Origin: Gemmatimonadota bacterium
Lineage (GTDB): Bacteria; Latescibacterota; UBA2968; UBA8231
Direction: 5' to 3'
NCBI GenBank assembly: GCA_038128265.1
Contig: JAYPJE010000075.1
Span: 1 to 17,637, forward strand
DNA: 17,637 nt
Shown: positions 9,954 to 17,637 of the stretch, in pieces
Layout of the letters: each line of letters starts with the position of its first letter
Numbering within the stretch: position 1 is the first letter of the stretch
Translations under genes and position numbers: made by a program
Notes under the pieces: model-generated
Seen by the model: the letters and a program-made list of their open reading frames with translations, nothing else
Databases searched by the model: none
Told to the model about the DNA's origin: nothing

Positions 9954-9997
9954 GCGTGCACGGGGTCGACTAATGGCCTCTTGTCGAGGATCACTTC

Positions 9998-12298
9998 ATG
10001 TCCTATACTACGCGCGTGACCGAAGAAATCGACAACACCCCTCCTGCGGCGCTCGATCTACTCGCCTCCGACGAACAGATTCAGTTCGCGCGTTCCACGG
10101 ACATCAAACTGGACGGCCTGTACGGTTCGGCCTGGCTGTTAGCCACCAATAAACGCCTGCTGGCCTACAGCCCCGACGGCGGCGGACCACCCGACATCGT
10201 CGACCTGCCGCTCAGTGAAATCACTTCAGTAGAGATAGAAGACCTGCACGGCAGCGGGGCGTTAAAGGCACGCACCGCCGCGCGCGGCGCAACGGTTGCC
10301 CTCTTTTCCAAAACGCTAGGACCGCAATTTGCCGACATTCCAAAGCAGATTGAGGAATTGGTGCATCAGGCGCGGCCTGAAGCAGCCGACGAGCGCATTG
10401 CCCACGGGCGTTTAGAGCGCGGCCATCACCGCCAGCGACGCTGTGAGCGCTGCAACCAGGTTATTCCCCATCGCCTCGGCGTGTGCCCGGCCTGCCTCGA
10501 AAGCCGCAAGCTCCTGGGGCGCTTTCTCAGCTACTCCGTGCCCTACTGGCCGCTGGCCCTCGCTAGCCTGCTGATTCTGCTGTCGGGTACCTTTATCGGC
10601 CTGACGCCACCGCTGATGATGCGCACGCTCATCGACGACGTGCTCAAGCCCGTCGCCGAAAACGGCAGCGGCAGCGGCGTTGTGCTACCGTATTTGGGCG
10701 ATGTCACGGCGTCGTACGCGCTCGGCACCCTCGTCGTACTCTTGCTGGTGATCAACGTCTTGCGCAACGTGCTCGGTGCCCTGCGCTCCTACCTGCTGTC
10801 GCGCCTCGGCGAGCAGATCACCTACGACCTGCGCGGCGAAGTCTATCGCCACCTGCACCGGCTATCGCTCAACTTCTACAACGACCGCGACACCGGTCGC
10901 ATCATGGCCAGCGTCACCCAAGACGTCGGCCGCTTGCAGGACTTTCTGAGCGATGGCCTACAGGAAACCATTCGCAATATTCTAACCATCGTCATCATCG
11001 TTTCCATCCTGTTCTACCTCAATACCAACCTCGCCCTCTACGTGCTGCTGCCCGTGCCCTTCATCATTTTTACCACGATGCGCTTTGGTTCGTATCTGCA
11101 CCAGCTCTACCGCCCGCTCTTTCGCCGCTGGGCCGGCATCAGCGCGCTGCTATCCGACGTAGTGCCCGGCGTGCGCGTGGTTAAAGCCTTTGCCCAGGAA
11201 GACCGCGAAGTGGGCAAGTTTGAGCGGCGCAGCCACTCGCTGCTCGAGGGAGAGTTGCGCGTGGCCAAAACGCGCAGCCTGTTCAGTCCGCTAATGGCGT
11301 TTCTGACCTCGCTGGGCACGCTGGTCATCTGGTGGGTCGGCGGCAACAAGGTGCTCGACAACGTGTTGACGCTGGGCGAGTTTGTCGCTTTCACCAGCTA
11401 TATGTGGCAGTTTTACGGACCCGTGGAAAGCCTCTGCCGTCTCAACCACCGATTTCAGCGCGCGGCGACCTCTGCCGAGCGCGTCTTTGAAGTGCTCGAC
11501 AGCCAACCCGACGTCGCCGATCCACCCAGCGCTCAGACCATGCCCAAGATCGAGGGACGCGTCGTATTCGACGACGTCAGCTTTTCCTACGAAGAGGGCA
11601 AAACCGCGCTGCGCAATCTCAGCTTTACGGTCGAACCGGGCGAAATGATTGGTCTGGCGGGTCACTCCGGTGCCGGCAAGTCGACGCTAATCAATCTGAT
11701 TTGCCGCTTCTACGAGATCGAAGAGGGCACCATTTACATCGACGGTATCGACACGCGCACGGTTGGCCTCAAGTCGATGCGCGAGCAAATCGGCGTCGTG
11801 CTGCAGGATCCATTCCTGTTTAACGGCAGCGTCGCCGATAATATCGCCTATGGCAATCCCGACGCGTCACTCGAGAAGGTCATCGCAGCCGCCAAGGCCG
11901 CCAACGCACACGAGTTTATCACCAACTTGCCCGACGGCTATGACTCCATCGTCGGCGAGCGCGCCGTGCGCCTATCGGGGGGCGAACGCCAGCGCCTATC
12001 GATCGCGCGCGCCATCCTGCGCGATCCGCGTATTCTCATACTCGACGAAGCTACGGCGAGCATGGATACCGAAACGGAAGCTAAAATTCAGCAGGCCCTG
12101 GCGCGCTTGGTCAAAGGGCGCACGACCTTTGCCATTGCCCATCGTCTATCGACTCTGCGCAATGCAGACCGGCTCTTCATCATTGAGAAGGGCATGCTGC
12201 ACGAACAGGGCACCCACGACGAACTCGTCGCACAGGACGGCATCTACGCCAAACTCGTGCGCATGCAAACGGAAATGAGCCGCATCCGCGCCATATGA
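9998..12298 (+). CDS. Type IV (MsbA-like) ABC exporter, fused TMD+NBD, with about 170-aa N-terminal extension (PH-like domain + Cys4 motif)
   Basis: Walker A GHSGAGKS, Q-loop VLQDPFLF, signature LSGGERQR, Walker B ILILDEAT, H-loop IAHRLST, and a multi-helix ABC membrane domain. CERC-x10-CPAC precedes TM1. Confidence 0.93.
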   Translation: MSYTTRVTEEIDNTPPAALDLLASDEQIQFARSTDIKLDGLYGSAWLLATNKRLLAYSPDGGGPPDIVDLPLSEITSVEIEDLHGSGALKARTAARGATVALFSKTLGPQFADIPKQIEELVHQARPEAADERIAHGRLERGHHRQRRCERCNQVIPHRLGVCPACLESRKLLGRFLSYSVPYWPLALASLLILLSGTFIGLTPPLMMRTLIDDVLKPVAENGSGSGVVLPYLGDVTASYALGTLVVLLLVINVLRNVLGALRSYLLSRLGEQITYDLRGEVYRHLHRLSLNFYNDRDTGRIMASVTQDVGRLQDFLSDGLQETIRNILTIVIIVSILFYLNTNLALYVLLPVPFIIFTTMRFGSYLHQLYRPLFRRWAGISALLSDVVPGVRVVKAFAQEDREVGKFERRSHSLLEGELRVAKTRSLFSPLMAFLTSLGTLVIWWVGGNKVLDNVLTLGEFVAFTSYMWQFYGPVESLCRLNHRFQRAATSAERVFEVLDSQPDVADPPSAQTMPKIEGRVVFDDVSFSYEEGKTALRNLSFTVEPGEMIGLAGHSGAGKSTLINLICRFYEIEEGTIYIDGIDTRTVGLKSMREQIGVVLQDPFLFNGSVADNIAYGNPDASLEKVIAAAKAANAHEFITNLPDGYDSIVGERAVRLSGGERQRLSIARAILRDPRILILDEATASMDTETEAKIQQALARLVKGRTTFAIAHRLSTLRNADRLFIIEKGMLHEQGTHDELVAQDGIYAKLVRMQTEMSRIRAI

Positions 12299-12807
12299 GC
12301 GAACTCGTTGAAAACGATTTCGAAGTGGTTATCTTCGATCCGCAGAAAACGCACCTACACATCGACGAATTTGCCGATCTAGTGCTGAGCATTGAGGGAA
12401 GCGATCCCGTACACGGCGTTCGTCCGACGCGCTGCTTCCCCATTTCTTCCGGCGATCGATTTATCGCACTCAACGCGCATGACGGAGGCGAGTTGGGCCT
12501 TGTGCGCGACGTCGCCGAGCTCAATGCCGATAGCCAAAAGGCGCTGCGCAGTGAACTGTCGCGCTCGTATTTCCGCCCGCAGATCCAGCGCGTTCTTTCC
12601 ATTACGGAGCAATACCACGTACCGCGCTGGCAGGTTGAAACCGATCGCGGCCCACGCATCTTTGAAATTCGCAGCAGCCGCCGCGATATGCGCGTCTTGG
12701 GCGCCGGTCGCATTCTTATTCGCGATGCCGACGGCAATCTCTACGAGGTGCTAGACTACCGCCAGCTCGATCCGCAAAGCCGCGCGTTAGTTGAAACGCA
12801 GGTCTAA
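12295..12807 (+). CDS. DUF1854 domain-containing protein
   Basis: V.P.RCFP.S....I, ELG...D...L, L..EL...YF.P.I.R, W.VETDRG...F, RILI.D.DGN.Y, LD..SR pattern recalled for DUF1854. ATGA overlap with the ABC stop. Confidence 0.85.
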   Translation: MSELVENDFEVVIFDPQKTHLHIDEFADLVLSIEGSDPVHGVRPTRCFPISSGDRFIALNAHDGGELGLVRDVAELNADSQKALRSELSRSYFRPQIQRVLSITEQYHVPRWQVETDRGPRIFEIRSSRRDMRVLGAGRILIRDADGNLYEVLDYRQLDPQSRALVETQV

Positions 12808-12855
12808 ACATCCGCGCGGCGCAGCGGCCGCGTGCGTAACCATAGAAACAACTCC

Positions 12856-13848
12856 ATGCACGTACTCGTCACCGGCGGCACTGGCCGCGTTGGACAAACC
12901 GCCGTTCGCCATTTGCTGTCTCAGGGACACCAGGTGCACATCGTTGGCCTCGACGATTCCTTCGAGCTCGACGGCGCCACCTATGCTCGCTGCGATATAG
13001 ACGACTTTGATGCACTCGTTACGCATGCCAAAGGCTGCGAGGGCATCGTCCACTTGGCCGCCATTCCCTACCCTGGAGGCGGCACGCCAGAGCAGCTGTT
13101 TCGCGTCAACTGCACCGGCACGTTTAACGTCTATCAGGCAGCGGCAGCAACCGGAATCAGTCGCGTTGTCAGCGCGTCGTCGATCAACGCCCTCGGCTTT
13201 AACTTTGGCACGGTGCACTTCGATATCGAATATCTTCCCATCGACGAGGCTCACCCCGACTTTACGACCGACGCCTATTCTTTTTCCAAGCGCATACTCG
13301 AAGAAACAGCCGCCTACTTTTGGCGGCGCGAACGCATTTCCGGCGTGCAGCTGCGCTTCCCCTTTGTCTATCTGCACGACGATAGCAGCCGCTTCGCGCA
13401 GATGCGCCAGCGCATGGGCCAGGCCTATGCCGAGCTCGTGCAGATGACGCCCGATGAACAGCGCCAAGCCGTCGACCAGTTCTGGGGGCACTTTCTGCAA
13501 ATGCGCCAAGAGCGCGCTTTTGAAAAGCCGTGGGAAGAGCGCATGCGCGAACGCGAAAAAAACGGCGATGCGCCGCGACGCATGTACTTTGGCGTCTCCG
13601 ACTTCTGGTCGGCCATTGACGCCCGCAACGCAGCGATCGCCATTGAGAGGGGTCTCAGCGCTCCATACGAAGGCAGCCATCCGCTCTTTGTGTGCGATAC
13701 CAACAACTCTACCGGCATCGACAGCGAAACGCTAGCCGGGCTGTTCTATCCGCAGGTAGAGGCGCGACGCCAGCCGATCGCAGGCACGGAGAGCCTCGTC
13801 AGCTTTGCGCGGGCCCGTCAGCTCATCGGCTATGAACCGGCCTATTGA
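12856..13848 (+). CDS. NAD(P)-dependent epimerase/dehydratase (extended SDR)
   Basis: VLVTGGTGRVG Rossmann motif, VHLAAIP, VN..GTFNV, SASS, YxxxK (YSFSK), ARQLIGYEP. Start placed at ATG 12856, directly before the first beta-strand. Confidence 0.88.
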   Translation: MHVLVTGGTGRVGQTAVRHLLSQGHQVHIVGLDDSFELDGATYARCDIDDFDALVTHAKGCEGIVHLAAIPYPGGGTPEQLFRVNCTGTFNVYQAAAATGISRVVSASSINALGFNFGTVHFDIEYLPIDEAHPDFTTDAYSFSKRILEETAAYFWRRERISGVQLRFPFVYLHDDSSRFAQMRQRMGQAYAELVQMTPDEQRQAVDQFWGHFLQMRQERAFEKPWEERMREREKNGDAPRRMYFGVSDFWSAIDARNAAIAIERGLSAPYEGSHPLFVCDTNNSTGIDSETLAGLFYPQVEARRQPIAGTESLVSFARARQLIGYEPAY

Positions 13849-13867
13849 AGCACATGGGGAGATTGTT

Positions 13868-14476
13868 TTGACGCAGGCGGTAGAAGCGCTGCTCTTCGAC
13901 CTGGGCGGCGTGCTCATAGAAATTGACTTTGATCGCACCTTTCGCGCATGGCAGAACCTGACACCGCTTGGCTTCGCCGAGATAAAGGAACGCTTCTACT
14001 TTGACGAGGCCTACGAACGGCACGAGCGCGGCGAAATCGACAAGGCCGACTACTTTGCCCATCTGCGCACCGCACTGCACTTAGAGGGCAGCGACGAGCA
14101 AATCGCCGAGGGCTGGAACGCGCTGTTCATAGCCGATATACCCGCGGTACTAGAAGCTGTCGAACGCGTAGCGGCCCACATTCCGTGCTACGCGTTCACC
14201 AATACCAACGCCGAGCATCAGCGCGCGTGGTCGGCGCAGTTTCCGCACATCACCCCACTCTTTCGCCGCGTGTTTTCCTCCTGGCAACTCGGCTTGCGCA
14301 AGCCGGAGCGCGCCGCTTTTCTCAGCGTCGCCCAGCACATCGGCATTCCCTGCGAATCCATCCTATTTTTTGATGACACGCTCGAAAACATCGAGCACGC
14401 ACAGCGCACGGGCCTCCAAACCGTGCACGTGCGCCATACCGCTGACGTGAAAAGCGCCCTCGCGCAGCTCTACTAA
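13868..14476 (+). CDS. HAD-superfamily phosphatase, YihX (alpha-D-glucose-1-phosphatase)-like
   Basis: LLFDLGGVL motif I, FTNTN motif II, G.RKPE motif III, FFDD..EN motif IV. TTG start at 13868 chosen from the GGGGAG RBS 6 nt upstream; ATG 13832 is an alternative. Confidence 0.85.
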   Translation: MTQAVEALLFDLGGVLIEIDFDRTFRAWQNLTPLGFAEIKERFYFDEAYERHERGEIDKADYFAHLRTALHLEGSDEQIAEGWNALFIADIPAVLEAVERVAAHIPCYAFTNTNAEHQRAWSAQFPHITPLFRRVFSSWQLGLRKPERAAFLSVAQHIGIPCESILFFDDTLENIEHAQRTGLQTVHVRHTADVKSALAQLY

Positions 14477-14543
14477 GATCGAAAATTTTTCCTATATTGC
14501 AGCCTGAGTCCAATGCTATTGCACAGCGAGGGAGAAACGCTCG

Positions 14544-16832
14544 ATGCATAGATTGACGTCGGCTGCACTAGCGCTGCTTTTATTGGCTACGGCCGTCGCC
14601 GCACAAAAGCGCCAGGTCAAGCTAATGGGCTGGGGCGATACCACGACGATGGCCAAATACGCCATTCTCGAGGAGGCCTTTGAAACGGCCAACCCCGACA
14701 TCGATCTCGTCGTCGAGATCATGGACGCCACCTCCTACGCGCGCAAACTGCCGGTGATGATTGCCAGCGGCACGGCGCCCGACATCTTCGAGTCAGGGCT
14801 CGAGCGCGCTGCGTCGTTTGGCTCCTATGCCGAAAAGGGCGCCTACGTAGACCTCATGCCGCTAGTCGAGCGCGACGGCGTAGACCTCGATGATTGGTTT
14901 CCCGAAGTCATCGCCAGCTGCTACTACGACGGCGTGCTCTACAACCTGCCTAAAAAGCTCAACAGCCCGGCCTGCGTGCATATCAACCTCGACCTCTTTG
15001 ACGCAGCTGGCATACCCTACCCGACGCGCGATTGGACCTGGGACGATGCGCTGAACATGGCGCGCGCGATGACCAAAGATTTCGACGGCGATGGGCGCAT
15101 TGATCAGTGGGGCATGTCGTGGCCGCTGGCGCAGGGCGTCGAACCGGCCATTATCCGCGGCTGGCAGTGGACGCGCGACGGCGGGCGCCAGATCAATATC
15201 GACGACCCTCTCTTTTACGAGTCGCTGCAGTGGATGGCCGATCTGGTGCACGTAGAGCACGTAGCGCCCTCGCTCGAGGAGACGGAGGGAGCCGGCCTGC
15301 CGGGCTACCTGCTCTTTACCACCGGCAAAGTCGCCATTCAATCGGGCGGACGCTGGCAGACGGCTATTTACAAGCGCGAGATTGGCGATCGCTTCCGCTG
15401 GGATACGATTTGGATGCCCGTCAAGGACCTGTCCGAGCCGCGCTCGTACACTATTGGCACAGAGGCGTGGGGCATTTACCGCCAATCGAAAAACATCGAA
15501 GACGCCTGGAGCGTGCTCAAATGGTTGGCCGGGCCGGGCGGCTCGCGCGTGCTGGCCGGCATGGGCGGGGCCGTGCCCGCCGTCAAATCCATCGCTTATT
15601 CCCCCGACTTTCTCGACCAAGGACCGCCTAGTCGCGAAGGCAATCGCTGGTGGCTCGAAGCGATGCAGCACGCCGTGCGCCCTCCGCGCGAACCGCATTG
15701 GAGCAAAGTTGAGCAGCTTATGAGACAGGTGCTCAAACTCGGTTGGGACGGCCAGCGGCCATTTAAAGACCTCGCCCTAGAGCTCAAACCGCGCATCGAC
15801 GAAATCCTGCAGGAAAAGCAGCGCTCGACGCCGCAGAGCATGTGGGCCGTTGCCCTGGGTGGCGTGCTCGTTTTGGGCCTGGTCGTCGGCGTCCTGCATC
15901 GCTACAGAGAGGTCGGCGACGGACGCAGCCTGCGCGCGCGCATGCGCAACCGACAAATACGCCAAGAGGCGCTCTATGGCTGGCTCTTTATTGCCCCCCA
16001 CCTGATCGGCTTATTCGTATTCACTATCGGCGCCATTCTCGCCTCGGGTTATCTGAGCCTGACGGAGTGGGACCTCTTTGGCAAACCGCGCTGGATCGGT
16101 TTGGGCAACTACCAGCGCCTATGGGACGACCCCATTTTTTGGAAGACGCTCTACAACACGATCTACTATGCCGGCCTGCGCGTGCCGCTGAGCATTGTCT
16201 TTTCGCTGGTGGTGGCCATCCTCATGAACCTAAAAATCCGCGGCATTCTGTGGTGGCGCGTCATCTACTTCGTGCCGGCCGTCTCCTCCTCGGTGGCCAT
16301 TGCCCTCGTCTGGCGCTGGATCTACTCAAAGGACTTCGGCTTGCTCAACGCCTTCCTGGGCTGGCTCGGCCTGCCGGCCATGAGCTGGCTAACCTCCGAA
16401 ACGCTGGCCATGCCGTCGATGATCATTATGTCGGTGTGGTGGTCCGTCGGCACCAATATGGTCATCTATCTGGCAGCGCTGCAGGGCGTGCCCGACCAAC
16501 TCTACGAAGCGGCTGAGATCGACGGAGCCGGTGCCTGGCATCGCTTTTGGCACGTCACCTTTCCTATGATTACACCGACCACATTCTTTCTACTCATTCT
16601 CGGCACCATCGGTTCGCTGCAAATTTTCGACATCTTCTACGTGATGACGCAGGGCGGCCCCAACTTCGCCACCACATCGCTGGTGATGTACATCTTCCAA
16701 AACGCCTTCGAATATCTGGAGATGGGCTACGCCTCCGCCGTGGCCTGGGTGCTCTTTGCCATTATCCTACTGCTATCGCTGGCGCAAATGAAGTTCTCGC
16801 AGTGGGTCCACTACGAGGGAGAGCGCGAATGA
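14544..16832 (+). CDS. Carbohydrate ABC importer (CUT1): solute-binding protein fused to a MalF/UgpA-type permease
   Basis: Signal peptide (MHRLTSAALALLLLATAVAA), SBP motifs (FETANPDI, ASGTAPDIF, NLDLFDAAGI.YP..WTWD, F.TGKVA), a linker TM helix, then permease motifs (W.F.AP, WIGLGNY, LYEAAEIDGA EAA loop, T.GGP, GYASA.AW). RBS GAGGGAG upstream. Confidence 0.92.
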   Translation: MHRLTSAALALLLLATAVAAQKRQVKLMGWGDTTTMAKYAILEEAFETANPDIDLVVEIMDATSYARKLPVMIASGTAPDIFESGLERAASFGSYAEKGAYVDLMPLVERDGVDLDDWFPEVIASCYYDGVLYNLPKKLNSPACVHINLDLFDAAGIPYPTRDWTWDDALNMARAMTKDFDGDGRIDQWGMSWPLAQGVEPAIIRGWQWTRDGGRQINIDDPLFYESLQWMADLVHVEHVAPSLEETEGAGLPGYLLFTTGKVAIQSGGRWQTAIYKREIGDRFRWDTIWMPVKDLSEPRSYTIGTEAWGIYRQSKNIEDAWSVLKWLAGPGGSRVLAGMGGAVPAVKSIAYSPDFLDQGPPSREGNRWWLEAMQHAVRPPREPHWSKVEQLMRQVLKLGWDGQRPFKDLALELKPRIDEILQEKQRSTPQSMWAVALGGVLVLGLVVGVLHRYREVGDGRSLRARMRNRQIRQEALYGWLFIAPHLIGLFVFTIGAILASGYLSLTEWDLFGKPRWIGLGNYQRLWDDPIFWKTLYNTIYYAGLRVPLSIVFSLVVAILMNLKIRGILWWRVIYFVPAVSSSVAIALVWRWIYSKDFGLLNAFLGWLGLPAMSWLTSETLAMPSMIIMSVWWSVGTNMVIYLAALQGVPDQLYEAAEIDGAGAWHRFWHVTFPMITPTTFFLLILGTIGSLQIFDIFYVMTQGGPNFATTSLVMYIFQNAFEYLEMGYASAVAWVLFAIILLLSLAQMKFSQWVHYEGERE

Positions 16833-17637
16833 GAAACGCTCTATACCAGCGCATCGCCGTATATGCCCTCGTAGCGCTGGGCGGCCTAACCATGGTGCTG
16901 CCCTTTGTGTGGATGCTCTCTACTTCGCTGAAGACGACGATGCAGTCGATGGCGTTCCCACCCGAGTGGATACCCGCACCCTTTGTGTGGGAAAACTATA
17001 CGCGCATCGCCGACTACATGCCGTTTTTTCTCTTTCTCTACAACAGCGTCAAGATCGCGTTCTTCGTTGTCTTTGGCACGCTGCTGACCTGCTCGCTAGC
17101 CGGCTATGCCTTCGCCAAGCTGCGCTTTCCTGGGCGCAAACCGCTCTTTCTCGTGCTGCTCTCGACGATGATGATCCCCACGCAGGTCACGCTGATTCCC
17201 GTCTTTGTCATCATGAAGTACCTCGGATGGATTAACACGCACTACGCGCTCATCGTGCCGGCCTTTTTCGGCAGCGTCTTTGGCACCTTCCTGCTGCGCC
17301 AGTTTTTTCTCGGGATTCCCAACGAACTAGAAGACGCCGCGCGCATCGACGGCTGCACGCCCTGGGGCATCTACTGGCGCATTATGCTGCCGCTGGCCAA
17401 ACCTTCGCTGGCCACGCTGGCTATCTTTTCTTTTATGGGAACGTGGAACGACTTTATGCGGCCGCTGATCTACCTCAGCGATATGACGAAGATGACGCTG
17501 CCGGTCGGTCTAGCCCTGCTGGCCAACCACCAAGATATTCGCATCCCGCTCATCATGGCCGGCGCCGTGCTCAGCCTGCTGCCCATCCTCATTCTCTACG
17601 TCTTCGGGCAGAAGTACTTCGTGCGCGGCATTGCGCT
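16829..17637 (+). CDS. Carbohydrate ABC transporter permease, MalG/UgpE-type (3'-truncated; absent from the ORF track)
   Basis: ATG 16829 overlaps the upstream TGA. Manual translation gives MRNALYQRIAVYALVALGGLTMVLPFVWMLSTSLK...WENY...AGYAFAKLRFPGR...ELEDAARIDGC (EAA loop)...WNDFMRPLIYL...QKYFVRGIA, open to the window end. Confidence 0.93.
   Translation, partial: MRNALYQRIAVYALVALGGLTMVLPFVWMLSTSLKTTMQSMAFPPEWIPAPFVWENYTRIADYMPFFLFLYNSVKIAFFVVFGTLLTCSLAGYAFAKLRFPGRKPLFLVLLSTMMIPTQVTLIPVFVIMKYLGWINTHYALIVPAFFGSVFGTFLLRQFFLGIPNELEDAARIDGCTPWGIYWRIMLPLAKPSLATLAIFSFMGTWNDFMRPLIYLSDMTKMTLPVGLALLANHQDIRIPLIMAGAVLSLLPILILYVFGQKYFVRGIA

Noticed and set aside
12808..12840. CGCGGC/GCCGCG hairpin after DUF1854, loosely similar to the stem after cnoX (REP-like family?)
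   Set aside because: Only a 6-bp GC stem with a short shared sequence and two copies, which is too little to call a repeat family or terminator.
14477..14543. AT-rich patch (GAAAATTTTTC, TATATT) upstream of the SBP-permease fusion
   Set aside because: It may well be a promoter, but I could not assign a convincing -35/-10 pair or operator.
12787..15698. Antisense ORFs 12787-13680 (297 aa) and 14862-15698 (278 aa)
   Set aside because: Antisense shadows of the SDR and SBP genes with no family motifs.

Overview
GC-rich bacterial chromosomal window with dense coding: 15 CDS, two of them truncated by the window edges. I saw no rRNA, tRNA, CRISPR array or mobile element. Order: 5'-truncated katG with a strong intrinsic terminator; a probable operon of GT4 glycosyltransferase, fold-III PLP enzyme (D-threonine aldolase/DSD1-like) and CnoX/YbbN; an enolase-superfamily (MR/MLE) enzyme; a minus-strand pair (PhyH-type dioxygenase, GH130); then a long plus-strand run of sulfatase, NIPSNAP, an ABC exporter with an unusual N-terminal PH-like/Cys4 extension coupled to DUF1854, an extended SDR, a YihX-like HAD phosphatase, a solute-binding protein fused to a CUT1 permease, and a second, 3'-truncated permease. 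The best candidates for undescribed biology are the ABC exporter + DUF1854 module (no cyanophycin genes in the window), the SBP-permease fusion, several enzymes with altered catalytic motifs, and two operator-like palindromes inside predicted promoters. All family calls come from motif recognition by eye; no database search was run.
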